This document shows, one piece after another, positions 1 through 9,134 of a DNA stretch of 39,359 nucleotides (the stretch's first letter is position 1; every line of letters starts with the position of its first letter). The DNA is from an uncultured Erysipelothrix sp. GTDB taxonomy: Bacteria; Bacillota_I; Bacilli_A; Erysipelotrichales; Erysipelotrichaceae. The position numbers and the translations under genes were made by a program. The DNA lies in assembly GCA_964635335.1 (NCBI GenBank), contig CAZWPP010000001.1:1-39359 (forward strand), written 5' to 3'. The notes beneath the pieces are model-generated. The model searched no databases and was not told the DNA's origin. It saw only the letters and a program-made list of their open reading frames with translations.

Positions 1-22
1 AAAAGACGAATAAATCGTCTTT
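1..22 (-). terminator. Rho-independent terminator downstream of ppiB
   Basis: On the minus strand the hairpin AGACGA-TTTAT-TCGTCT followed by TTTT starts right after the stop codon at 23-25. A-run/T-run flanks make it potentially bidirectional. Confidence 0.6.
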
Positions 23-544
23 TTATGCTTTTACAACTTCTGGATATTCAATACCATGTGTTTCAACTGTAACACTGGACATTACAACATCTTCAAGCGG
101 TTTATCTTGACGGTTAGTTGCAGTCGAAGCGATTGCATTGACAACATCCATCCCTTCGATGACTTTCCCAAAGGCTGCGTATTGTCCGTTTAAATGTGGT
201 GAATCCTTATGCATGATAAAGAATTGCGAACCTGCTGAGTTAGGGTTCATTGATCGTGCCATCGATAAGACACCTGCGGTGTGCTGTAGATCATTTTTAA
301 ATCCGTTAGAACTGAATTCACCTTTAATTCCATAACCTGGACCTCCCATTCCTGTTCCAGTAGGATCGCCCCCTTGAAGCATGAAACCATTAATGACACG
401 ATGGAAAATTGTATTGGTATAAAAACCTTGTTGGATTAATGAAATAAAGTTATTGACTGTATTCGGCGCAATCTCTGGATAGAGTTCAGCTTTAATTACA
501 TCGTTGTTATTGATGGTAAATGTGACAATTGGATATTTAGACAT
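23..544 (-). CDS. ppiB: Peptidyl-prolyl cis-trans isomerase, cyclophilin type
   Basis: 173 aa with cyclophilin signatures FHRVINGFMLQGGDP and SMARS..NSAGSQFFI. SD-like GGAGAG lies upstream of the ATG. Confidence 0.95.
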   Translation of the reverse strand: MSKYPIVTFTINNNDVIKAELYPEIAPNTVNNFISLIQQGFYTNTIFHRVINGFMLQGGDPTGTGMGGPGYGIKGEFSSNGFKNDLQHTAGVLSMARSMNPNSAGSQFFIMHKDSPHLNGQYAAFGKVIEGMDVVNAIASTATNRQDKPLEDVVMSSVTVETHGIEYPEVVKA

Positions 545-588
545 AGATTCTCTCCTTTATGTTTTTTTAACTGTGATATCAATCAATA

Positions 589-597
589 TGATATAAT
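589..597 (+). promoter_or_regulatory. Candidate extended -10 promoter (TGATATAAT) for the transporter gene
   Basis: TGaTATAAT at 589-597, about 20 nt upstream of the ATG at 619. Only a weak -35 (TTAACT, 19-nt spacer). Confidence 0.4.
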
Positions 598-618
598 AAT
601 TCGGGAAAGAAGGAAAGT

Positions 619-1926
619 ATGGAACTCAAATTACTTGTACAACTCGTAACCATCGCTGTTACATTACTCATTAGTATCTTTATCTATAAAAAATATAAAT
701 TAACAAAATACCAAGCAATGATTTTTATCTTGTTGTTTCTATTTTGGTCAGCAATTATTATCGTTAGAGCATATCGTAAATCATATGCCAACAATCCAGT
801 TGAGATTGGTGGATTAGCCCTAGGGGCTGCTGCAGCTGCAACTATTGCGAGTGGTTATGGATTTATTTCAATTTTCGCTAGATTTTTAGTCTTCTATTTC
901 TCTGATGTCTTTAAATCGAGAAAACTGCTCATATCGTTTGGTCTTGTTTTAGTAGCTATCACTAGCTACTGGGTATTTATTTCACCAGATTACTATTCAT
1001 TATTGTTTAGTTCTCTCGCATTGGGAGTTGGCGCAAGCATGTTATCGTTGTTTAATGTCTTTTTCGCTCAAACCTTTGAGGCTAAAGATGCTATGAAATC
1101 AGTATCTATTTTATCGATCGCACCGTTATTAGCAGAATTTGTAATGTCTTTATTTCAATTTGCTTACACTGACAAAACTAATACAAACTATGGAATGCTA
1201 TGGTTATTATCAGTAATTTTATCAGTTATTGCTTTTCTCTTTATGATTTTTGTCAAAGACAACAAGCCACCAAAACAATCCATGTCTAAAGAAAAATTCA
1301 AAACCATCATTAGTCATAAAAACACTTGGTATTTTGGAGTAGTTGGAATTTTAGTCTCACTAGTAAAGTTTGCTTTGTCTGGATCAAATACAATTACATA
1401 TTTTCAAACAGATATTGTAGCAATGAATGATTTTATGGTAGCCTATTCTGATTTCTTATATGGAATTGCTCAGATGATCTTTGGTATTCTAGCAGGGCTT
1501 TATTTTGCAAGCAAGATTGGTCTGAAAAAGACATTACTGCTAGGGGTAGCTTTGTCTCTTTGTTACAATGTCGTCTTACTACTCACTACCGACCCTAACA
1601 TTCTTTTCTTTACTCAGGCATTAGGGGGAATGGGGTATGGGTTAACGTATAACTCACTCATTGGTCTTGCGATGGAAAGTGTAGATCTAGATTTGAGAGA
1701 TATGAGTATGGCAATCTTTCAAACTTTCTTTGCGATTGGTATTTTTTATGGTGATCGCATTTATAAAGATATTCTTAAATTATTGGGATCAACTAAAGAG
1801 TCAATGCATTACAATCAAGTTTTTATAACAATCTTAATAATTACCATTGCTTTATACCTAGTTATTCGTTTTGGTATTAAGACAGAAAGAAAGGATGAAT
1901 CACTTGAAAATAATCACACAATATAA
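619..1926 (+). CDS. Polytopic membrane protein, MFS-like transporter (substrate unknown)
   Basis: 435 aa with about 12 hydrophobic segments and no soluble domain. RBS GAAAGAAGGAAAG precedes the ATG. The family call rests on topology only. Confidence 0.5.
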   Translation: MELKLLVQLVTIAVTLLISIFIYKKYKLTKYQAMIFILLFLFWSAIIIVRAYRKSYANNPVEIGGLALGAAAAATIASGYGFISIFARFLVFYFSDVFKSRKLLISFGLVLVAITSYWVFISPDYYSLLFSSLALGVGASMLSLFNVFFAQTFEAKDAMKSVSILSIAPLLAEFVMSLFQFAYTDKTNTNYGMLWLLSVILSVIAFLFMIFVKDNKPPKQSMSKEKFKTIISHKNTWYFGVVGILVSLVKFALSGSNTITYFQTDIVAMNDFMVAYSDFLYGIAQMIFGILAGLYFASKIGLKKTLLLGVALSLCYNVVLLLTTDPNILFFTQALGGMGYGLTYNSLIGLAMESVDLDLRDMSMAIFQTFFAIGIFYGDRIYKDILKLLGSTKESMHYNQVFITILIITIALYLVIRFGIKTERKDESLENNHTI

Positions 1927-2785
1927 AAAAGGACAACCGATTCTTGAAAATATAGATATCTATACACTCAGTGTCAATTCCTTAAGCTCACATCAACCTG
2001 AAGCAATGGAAATTAATGAACTCCTTATTGAAATGAAAAGACTTCAACAAGTAAACAAAAGAGTGTATCTTTTTATTAATCGATTTTTATTTGAACCCGA
2101 ATTAACCAATGCGATTGAAATCGTTAAGATTGTGATTCAAGCTGGTATCGATGGACTCATAGTTAATGACTTTGGTTGGAGTATGATTCTTCAAGAACTA
2201 AACTTTGATAAAGAAGTAATTCTTCAAACCGATACAACTGTTACGAATTCTTTAGAAGCAGCATCAATACTTGCAGAAGGGTTTAACAAAGTAGTGATTG
2301 CCCGAGAATTAACAATTGAAGAAATTATTGAAATGGCTCAAGATTTAGGTGAACAAATCATTGTTCCAATTTTTGGTCATCAAATTATGTCTACTTCACG
2401 ACGACTATTATTAGATGCTTACGGTAATGAAGTAAATCGTGTTTATAAGTCCAATCGCTTCTATCATTTGAAAGAGAGTACTCGACAAGATCCCTATTTA
2501 ATTTATCAAGATGATACGGGGACTCATATTTTTGATGGAACCATTCTATGTGGGTATCACGAGTTAAAAACGCTTGCTAAGAGTGGATGTAATTATGTCC
2601 TTCTGGATTCATTGAATATTGATAGTGACATGATAGAGATGGTATCTACTTCCATTAAAGCAATTCTTAATGGTCAAGATGCAGATACTGAGTTTGAGAG
2701 ACTACAAAATAATTATCCTCATGATGTATTTAGTAATGCCTTATGGTTTAAGAAGACAAGTGATAAGAAGGTGGCAAATGAATAA
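1895..2785 (+). CDS. Peptidase U32 family protein, YrrN-like, lacking the Cys cluster
   Basis: The track ORF 1871-2785 was trimmed to the ATG at 1895 (MNHLKII..). It has a TIM-barrel-like U32 N-terminal pattern (VYLFINRF.., GIDGLIVNDFG, VIARELT). It is paired with, and overlaps by 8 nt, the next U32 gene, as in the Bacillus yrrN-yrrO arrangement. Confidence 0.6.
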   Translation: MNHLKIITQYKKGQPILENIDIYTLSVNSLSSHQPEAMEINELLIEMKRLQQVNKRVYLFINRFLFEPELTNAIEIVKIVIQAGIDGLIVNDFGWSMILQELNFDKEVILQTDTTVTNSLEAASILAEGFNKVVIARELTIEEIIEMAQDLGEQIIVPIFGHQIMSTSRRLLLDAYGNEVNRVYKSNRFYHLKESTRQDPYLIYQDDTGTHIFDGTILCGYHELKTLAKSGCNYVLLDSLNIDSDMIEMVSTSIKAILNGQDADTEFERLQNNYPHDVFSNALWFKKTSDKKVANE

Positions 2786-3980
2786 GATAGAATTATTGGC
2801 ACCTGCAGGTGATTTGGATCGATTAAAAACAGCGGTCTTATTTGGAGCAGATGCGGTTTTTATTGGTGGGAAGCAGTTTTCTTTGAGATCAAGAGCTTCT
2901 AATTTTGATCTAGATACAATTCAACAGGCAGTAAAATTTGCCCATCAACACAACAGTCGTGTTCATGTAACCGTCAATATGATTCCACATCGGGATGATT
3001 TGTTTGGGTTAGATGAATATTTAATTGCTCTTGATACTATTGGAGTTGATGCAATTATTGTTGCTTCTGTGTATATCCTTAAACGGGCAAAAGCTTTAAC
3101 GAAGAACCTCGAGATTCATGTATCAACACAATACTCTATTACAAATTCTAAAACGATTGATTTCTACAAGAAACTTGGTGCAGATCGTGTCGTTCTTGCA
3201 AGAGAAAATACCCTGTCTGAATTAAAACTTCTTAAAGAACAAAGCAGTTTACCTCTGGAAGTTTTTATTCATGGGGGGATGTGTGTGAACTATTCTGGTC
3301 GATGCACACTCAGTAATTACATGACTTTACGAGATGCAAACCGAGGAGGTTGTGCTCAATCTTGTCGTTGGAAATATGAAATATTTGATCAAGATATCGC
3401 AATTAGTGATGAAAAAGTATTATTTTCAATGTCTTCAAAAGATTTAAATGCAATGGATGTCTTACCTGATTTAATTGAGATGGGAATTGCTTCATTAAAA
3501 ATTGAAGGAAGAATGAAGACAGAATACTACATTGCGACGATAGTTAGTGCTTATCGTCGAGCGATTGATGATTTGTATTTAGGAACTCTTGAAAAAGATG
3601 ATGTTGTCTCTGCGGCAAAACGAGAATTACTCAATGCAGAAAATAGAGAAACATTCTCTGGGTTTTACTTGTCTCAACCTAATCGAAGTGGTCACCTCTA
3701 TGGAGTCAATGGAGCGAATGTCAATCAAAACTTTGTAGCTAAAGTGTTGAGTTATGATATAGATACTCATCTTGCGACATTAGAAATACGAAATCACTTT
3801 TCAAAAGATGATGCGTTGGAAGCTTTTGGACCACATTTAAGACCTACATCTTTTGTTTCTACAAAGATGATTAATAGCGAAAATGAGCTAACGAATCGCT
3901 TCTTTAAACCAATGGAAATTGTTACACTTGAAATACCTTTTGTTGTTTCAGAAGGTGATTTCATTAGGAAGACACTATGA
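2778..3980 (+). CDS. Peptidase U32 family protein, YrrO-like, with a predicted [4Fe-4S]-binding Cys motif
   Basis: The track ORF 2670-3980 was trimmed to the ATG at 2778, with RBS AAGAAGGTGG. It starts MNKIELLAPAGD (the typical U32 N-terminus) and has C-x6-C-x15-C-x3-C at 3282-3365. Confidence 0.85.
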   Translation: MNKIELLAPAGDLDRLKTAVLFGADAVFIGGKQFSLRSRASNFDLDTIQQAVKFAHQHNSRVHVTVNMIPHRDDLFGLDEYLIALDTIGVDAIIVASVYILKRAKALTKNLEIHVSTQYSITNSKTIDFYKKLGADRVVLARENTLSELKLLKEQSSLPLEVFIHGGMCVNYSGRCTLSNYMTLRDANRGGCAQSCRWKYEIFDQDIAISDEKVLFSMSSKDLNAMDVLPDLIEMGIASLKIEGRMKTEYYIATIVSAYRRAIDDLYLGTLEKDDVVSAAKRELLNAENRETFSGFYLSQPNRSGHLYGVNGANVNQNFVAKVLSYDIDTHLATLEIRNHFSKDDALEAFGPHLRPTSFVSTKMINSENELTNRFFKPMEIVTLEIPFVVSEGDFIRKTL

Positions 3981-4714
3981 TGATTGTTGAAGGAATAATA
4001 TCTGTTAAAGCAGTCCTTGAATCCAATAAACGAGCTATTCAGCGTTTAATGATTCAAGATGGAAAACGCAGTAAAGACATTAATTACATATTACACTTGG
4101 CTCATACTCAAAATATTCCTATTGAGTTTGTTTCAAAAGAAATTATTGACTCAATGACACTAGGGAAAACACACGGAGGAGTTCTTCTTGAAGTAGGTAG
4201 TAGGGTATATGAACAACTTGAACACAGTCTAGATTCCAATTTTATGTTGTTACTTGAAGGAATAGAAGATCCTTACAATCTAGGGGGTGTTATTCGGACA
4301 GCTTATATTGCAGGGTGCCAAACAATTCTCTTGCCTTATCGTGAATATGTTACAATGGAGATGACCATTTTAAAAAGTAGTGCTGGATACAGTGAACGTC
4401 TAAAGATTGTTTTAATATCAGACTTTGAAGATGGATTAAAACAACTTAAAACTTCTGGATTTACGATTGTAAGTGCTCTTAGAAATGAACAATCCATAAA
4501 CATGTATGATAGTGATTTGAGTCAAAATGTCTGCATCTGTATTGGTGGAGAAAAAAGAGGACTTTCAAAAGAAGTAATTGACCAAAGTGATATTTTTGTT
4601 GAAATTAAGTATCCGATTGCAGCACGAAATGCCTTAAGTGCCTTTTCAAGTGCTAATATCTTATGTTTTGAAGTGGTTCGTCAACGAATGAGAGGTAACA
4701 AACATGAAGGTTAA
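3977..4714 (+). CDS. TrmH/SpoU-family RNA 2'-O-methyltransferase (RlmB-like)
   Basis: 245 aa with SpoU motifs LLEGIEDPYNLGGVIRTAYIAG and IGGEKRGLS. ATGA start/stop overlap with the upstream gene. Confidence 0.8.
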   Translation: MMIVEGIISVKAVLESNKRAIQRLMIQDGKRSKDINYILHLAHTQNIPIEFVSKEIIDSMTLGKTHGGVLLEVGSRVYEQLEHSLDSNFMLLLEGIEDPYNLGGVIRTAYIAGCQTILLPYREYVTMEMTILKSSAGYSERLKIVLISDFEDGLKQLKTSGFTIVSALRNEQSINMYDSDLSQNVCICIGGEKRGLSKEVIDQSDIFVEIKYPIAARNALSAFSSANILCFEVVRQRMRGNKHEG

Positions 4715-6407
4715 GTTAGTTCAAATGAATTCGGTTCAAAACCAGATTGAAACAAATTTGGATTTTGTGTTAAATGAAATAGAAATTGCTAGAGGTACCT
4801 GTGATGTCATTGTTTTTCCGGAGCTTTGTTTGTCTTCAACCATGGCAATGGATAATTTTGAAAACCAATACTTTATTAATGACCTATTGGATGCAAACCA
4901 AAAAATTGTTCAAGCAAGTTCAGGAATTCGTGTGATTTGGGGAAATGTCGATCAACAACAAGGACTATTAATTAACTGCGGTTATGTCGCCTATAATCAA
5001 GCAATTGTTTTTCAAATCAACAAGATGTTTAGTGCAACAAGCACTTTAAGCTCTATTAAACAGTATTTTGTAAACACACCACAAGAAACAGCTAAAACAT
5101 TTATGATTGACGACACGATTTGCTCACTCTTTATTAACCATGATATGAGAGTGTTTAATCACAATAAAGTTGATGTAATTTTCCATTTAGATAGTCATTA
5201 TTATCGTGCACAAGATGATCAACAAACTTTCTTAAATTATGAACTTCGTGAAGATCAAGTGTTAGTTTCAGTGAATGGAGTTAACATTGTCAATAATGGT
5301 AAGCACATAGCAATAAATGATGGCGGAAGTTTTGTGATGAAAAATGGTATCCGAGAGTTACTAAATCAAGAATTTCAAGTTGAATCACGACTCATAGACA
5401 CTAATCACATTGTTCCTACTCCACTAAAAAATAATCGTCTGTTTCTATCTTTGGTAGCAATGATAAGAGAAATGGATCAGCAACTTTTTCCATTTAAACC
5501 TCAATGGATAGTGGGGGTATCTGGAGGACTAGATTCCAGTGTGACTATCGCATTGTTGAGCTATGCTTTAGGGAACAAACGTGTTTTAGGTGCAAATCTT
5601 TCTACCAAGCACAATTCCGATAGAACAAAGAATAACGCAAGGTTTATTACTCAAAAACTTGGGGTTCAGTTAGTTGAAACAAGTATAGAATCTTTAGTTA
5701 ATGAGACACTAAGTTCAATGAATGATTGTGGATTTAATCAAGTAGAAGGGCTTGCGTATGAGAACATTCAAGCAAGACTCAGAGGGCATTTATTATCAAC
5801 ACTTAGTTCTTTGAACAATGGGTTAGTATCCAACAATACTAACAAGATTGAAAGTGCTCTTGGATATGGGACCCTTTATGGCGATACCATAGGAGCGATT
5901 GGATTCTTAGCAGATTGTACGAAAATGGATGTAGTTAAGTTAGCTGTTGAAATAAACAAAGTGTATGATCAAGAGATTGTACCTAAAAATTTAATACCAG
6001 TTGAAACAGAAAAAGGATTAGCGTGGGACTTCATGCCAAGTGCAGAACTTGCGTATAATCAAACTGATCCGATGAAGTGGGGATATCACGATTATCTAGT
6101 GAGTCGTCTACTAAAGGGTCACTCACAACTTGAAGAAATACTAATGGATTATAAGAACAAAGGACTTCAAACAAGTGAGATTGGAAAGTATATTAAAACC
6201 TACGGACTTGAGGATCCTAAAGATTTCATTGATGATTTATTATGGGTAATTAAGAATATGAATCGCAATGTCTTTAAACGGATTCAAGGGGCACCTACAC
6301 TCGTGGTTTCAAATAAAGTAATCGGACTTGATAATCATGAAACTCAAGGTCCGCTTGTCTTGTCATCTAAAGCTAAACAGCTAATAAAGGAGATTGAAAA
6401 TGTTTAA
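4704..6407 (+). CDS. nadE: Glutamine-dependent NAD+ synthetase
   Basis: 567 aa. N-terminal carbon-nitrogen hydrolase-like domain (VIVFPELCLS) plus a C-terminal NAD synthetase with PP-loop VGVSGGLDSSV. Confidence 0.85.
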   Translation: MKVKLVQMNSVQNQIETNLDFVLNEIEIARGTCDVIVFPELCLSSTMAMDNFENQYFINDLLDANQKIVQASSGIRVIWGNVDQQQGLLINCGYVAYNQAIVFQINKMFSATSTLSSIKQYFVNTPQETAKTFMIDDTICSLFINHDMRVFNHNKVDVIFHLDSHYYRAQDDQQTFLNYELREDQVLVSVNGVNIVNNGKHIAINDGGSFVMKNGIRELLNQEFQVESRLIDTNHIVPTPLKNNRLFLSLVAMIREMDQQLFPFKPQWIVGVSGGLDSSVTIALLSYALGNKRVLGANLSTKHNSDRTKNNARFITQKLGVQLVETSIESLVNETLSSMNDCGFNQVEGLAYENIQARLRGHLLSTLSSLNNGLVSNNTNKIESALGYGTLYGDTIGAIGFLADCTKMDVVKLAVEINKVYDQEIVPKNLIPVETEKGLAWDFMPSAELAYNQTDPMKWGYHDYLVSRLLKGHSQLEEILMDYKNKGLQTSEIGKYIKTYGLEDPKDFIDDLLWVIKNMNRNVFKRIQGAPTLVVSNKVIGLDNHETQGPLVLSSKAKQLIKEIENV

Positions 6408-6906
6408 AAAAATAGTATTGGTACTGATGACTTCTTTAATTTTGGTTGGATGCAATACTCCAACTGAAAAAGAACCTGAAGTTAGAGTTCCAAAAGCACT
6501 TGCAGAATTTGATAAGCTACAACACTTAACTTTTGAAGAAGTTGATAAGTTTTATGAAGAAAAGAAGAGTGGTATTCTCTATTTTGGTTGGATTGTTCGT
6601 TGTGGCGATTCAATGAATTTTCAAGAGAATTATCTTGAAAATAAACTTGTAAATAATCAGGAACTTAAAAACAATATTTATGTGGTGAATCTTGAAGTTG
6701 AAAATCCAGATGGACTGATGAATAAAGAGTTACGGAAGACTATGGATGAGAAATACGGGGTGGGGTATTCACCTACCATACTTCTAATAAAAGATGGTGT
6801 TGTTACAATGAAATCTGAGTGGCAAGTTAAAACAAGTGATCCAATTACCGCAATGCCTAAAACTGAACTTGATGCTTTCTTTACAGCAGCTGGTTATACT
6901 AAGTAA
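6394..6906 (+). CDS. Thioredoxin-fold lipoprotein with a monothiol CGDS motif
   Basis: 170 aa. Signal peptide with lipobox LILVGC (Cys20). YFGWIVRCGDSMNF sits where thioredoxin-like proteins carry CxxC. The start overlaps the nadE end by 14 nt. Confidence 0.6.
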   Translation: MKMFKKIVLVLMTSLILVGCNTPTEKEPEVRVPKALAEFDKLQHLTFEEVDKFYEEKKSGILYFGWIVRCGDSMNFQENYLENKLVNNQELKNNIYVVNLEVENPDGLMNKELRKTMDEKYGVGYSPTILLIKDGVVTMKSEWQVKTSDPITAMPKTELDAFFTAAGYTK

Positions 6907-6916
6907 ACTCTGCTAA

Positions 6917-6965
6917 AAAAGTGCATCCTATATTCAAGAATATAAGGTGTACTTTTGTGATTTTT
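6917..6965 (+). terminator. Imperfect hairpin terminator after the lipoprotein gene
   Basis: AAAAGTGCATCCTATATT..AATATAAGGTGTACTTTT forms a bulged stem followed by a GTGATTTTT tail. Confidence 0.45.
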
Positions 6966-7016
6966 AACGCTTTCTAGAAAGAGAACATGAATAATTTGTG
7001 TAAGTGATCAAAGAAA

Positions 7017-7060
7017 AGGACTAATTCCAACAATGTATAGGAATTAGTCCTTCTGTTTTT
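7017..7060. terminator. Bidirectional hairpin terminator (serves nfu on the minus strand)
   Basis: Perfect 12-bp stem AGGACTAATTCC / GGAATTAGTCCT (7017-7028 / 7040-7051). T-rich tracts follow on both strands, and the nfu stop is at 7082. Confidence 0.7.
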
Positions 7061-7081
7061 TATAACCTTTATAATTGTTTG

Positions 7082-7324
7082 TTAACCGTGAGCATCCATT
7101 ACTCTTACTTCAGTTACTTCCAAGATTTCGTCCATAAGGATTGCTTCGATTCCTTGTTTAACGGTGACATCTGCCAACCCACAACCGATACAAGCACCTA
7201 GTAAATCAACATATACTACACCGTTTTCATCAATGTGATTGAAGGCAACATCCCCACCATCGCTTTGGATATAAGGTCTAATCTTATTCAATGTGTAGAT
7301 TACTTTTTCTTCTAATGTCATCAT
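7082..7324 (-). CDS. NifU/Nfu C-terminal-domain Fe-S cluster carrier protein
   Basis: 80 aa with the Nfu signature IRPYIQSDGGDV and LLGACIGCG (CxxC). RBS GGAGGTG. Confidence 0.9.
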   Translation of the reverse strand: MMTLEEKVIYTLNKIRPYIQSDGGDVAFNHIDENGVVYVDLLGACIGCGLADVTVKQGIEAILMDEILEVTEVRVMDAHG

Positions 7325-7431
7325 ACACCTCCTTGTTATAAATATTATAAACTAAAAACAATCAATTTGCATCCGTTTGTATCCTTTATTCTAGTTGAAA
7401 GTTATAGTATAATGATACAAGAGGTGAAGCG

Positions 7432-7815
7432 ATGAACTTACTATACAAAAAAAATGACGTTGTCGAAGGGATAATTACCAACGTAACTAGTTATGGAGCA
7501 TTCGTTCTAATTGATACCAATACTAGTGGACTTATCCATATCTCTGAGATTACTGGTGGATTCGTAAGTGATATTAATCATTTTGTATCAACCGGTCAAC
7601 GGGTTTTTTGTCGTGTACTTTCGGTGGACGAAGACAAAAATCAACTGAAGTTAACACTGAGGAATGTTTCGAAAAAAACCAGTCCGAGGACTCAGCGAAG
7701 AGAAAGGGTGTTAATGAACAAAAAATCATTAGTTCCATCTTCATCAATTGGATTTAAGTCATTGAAAGAGAAAATGCCAGAATGGATAAAGGAGAAACAA
7801 AATGTTGAAGCTTAG
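7432..7815 (+). CDS. S1 RNA-binding domain protein (YabR / general stress protein 13-like)
   Basis: 127 aa with the S1 motif GIITNVTSYGAFVLI....GLIHISEI. RBS AGAGGTGAAG. Confidence 0.85.
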   Translation: MNLLYKKNDVVEGIITNVTSYGAFVLIDTNTSGLIHISEITGGFVSDINHFVSTGQRVFCRVLSVDEDKNQLKLTLRNVSKKTSPRTQRRERVLMNKKSLVPSSSIGFKSLKEKMPEWIKEKQNVEA

Positions 7816-9076
7816 TTTAGACCATGTATTAATGGATGTTCAATGGGATGATTATCAGTCAAAAGTGAGTGAACTTCATCATCAAATACTGAACAAGACA
7901 GGAAAAGGCAATGACTACTTAGGTTGGGTAGACTGGCCGTTTGAATATGACAAAGAAGAGTTTGTACGCATAAAAAAGGCTGGAGAAAAGATTCGTCAAC
8001 AAGCGGATGTTCTACTTGTATGTGGTATTGGTGGATCGTATTTGGGTTCAAAAGCAGCTGTTGAAATGATTAATGGTCACTATAAAGAAGATGGTTTAGA
8101 GTTGATTTTTGTTGGAAATACTTTTTCATCTACAGAAATCGTTAGAGTTCTTGACTACATCAAAGATAAGGAAGTAGCAATTAATGTTATTTCTAAATCA
8201 GGAAGCACAACCGAAACCGCAATTGCTTTTAGAATCTTCAGACAGTTTGTTGAAGAAAAGTATGGTTTAGAAGAATCCGTTAATAGAATCTATGTTACAA
8301 CTGATAAAGAACGTGGTTTATTAAGACCTTTAGTAAACGAAAGAGGCTATGAATCCTTTATAATTCCCGATGATATCGGTGGGCGTTTTTCTGTCATTAC
8401 CGCTGTTGGTTTACTACCTATTGCTGCTGCAGGAATTAATATTGATGACATGATGAAGGGCTTTATTGATGGTAGGCATGATTTTTCAAAAGAAAAGTTA
8501 GCTGAAAACCCAGCGTATCAATATGCACTGTTACGTCGTTTGTTTCAAGAACAAGGAAAAGATGTTGAACTTTTTGTTACTTATGAACCACATTTAAGTT
8601 TTATTGCTGAATGGTTAAAACAACTAGATGGAGAGTCTGAAGGAAAAGAAGGAAAAGGGTTATTTCCAGCATCGGTTACAAACTCAACCGACTTACACTC
8701 CATGGGTCAATTTGTACAAGAAGGAACAAAGTTATTGTTTGAAACAGTGATTACTACTAAAAATCCTTTAGCTGATATGAATTTTCCAGTTGATGAAACC
8801 AATGCAGATGGGATGAGTTATTTAGAACATAAATCACTTCACTGGGTTAACCAACAAGCAATGCTTGGAACACTCGAAGCACATACTATTGAAGGTGGTG
8901 TACCAAACATTCTAGTGGAACTCGAAGACAATAGTGCATATAGCTTTGGTTACATGGTGTATTTCTTCTTTATGGCTTTAGCGATGACTGCTTATTATTT
9001 AGATGTAAATCCATTTGATCAACCAGGTGTTGAAGTTTATAAGAAGAATATGTTTAAGCGTTTAGGAAAAGAATAA
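7802..9076 (+). CDS. pgi: Glucose-6-phosphate isomerase
   Basis: 424 aa with PGI motifs VCGIGGSYLG, ISKSGSTTET, GGRFSV and QLDGESEGK. Confidence 0.95.
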   Translation: MLKLSLDHVLMDVQWDDYQSKVSELHHQILNKTGKGNDYLGWVDWPFEYDKEEFVRIKKAGEKIRQQADVLLVCGIGGSYLGSKAAVEMINGHYKEDGLELIFVGNTFSSTEIVRVLDYIKDKEVAINVISKSGSTTETAIAFRIFRQFVEEKYGLEESVNRIYVTTDKERGLLRPLVNERGYESFIIPDDIGGRFSVITAVGLLPIAAAGINIDDMMKGFIDGRHDFSKEKLAENPAYQYALLRRLFQEQGKDVELFVTYEPHLSFIAEWLKQLDGESEGKEGKGLFPASVTNSTDLHSMGQFVQEGTKLLFETVITTKNPLADMNFPVDETNADGMSYLEHKSLHWVNQQAMLGTLEAHTIEGGVPNILVELEDNSAYSFGYMVYFFFMALAMTAYYLDVNPFDQPGVEVYKKNMFKRLGKE

Positions 9077-9093
9077 TAGAAATAAATTTGAAA

Positions 9094-9130
9094 TAAAAAA
9101 CAACTCTATTGATGTGGAGTTGTTTTTTTT
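9094..9130. terminator. Bidirectional terminator between the convergent pgi and apbE genes
   Basis: AACAACTC-10 nt loop-GAGTTGTT hairpin flanked by an A-run (9094-9100) and a T-run (9123-9130). Confidence 0.75.
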
Positions 9131-9134
9131 GGTG

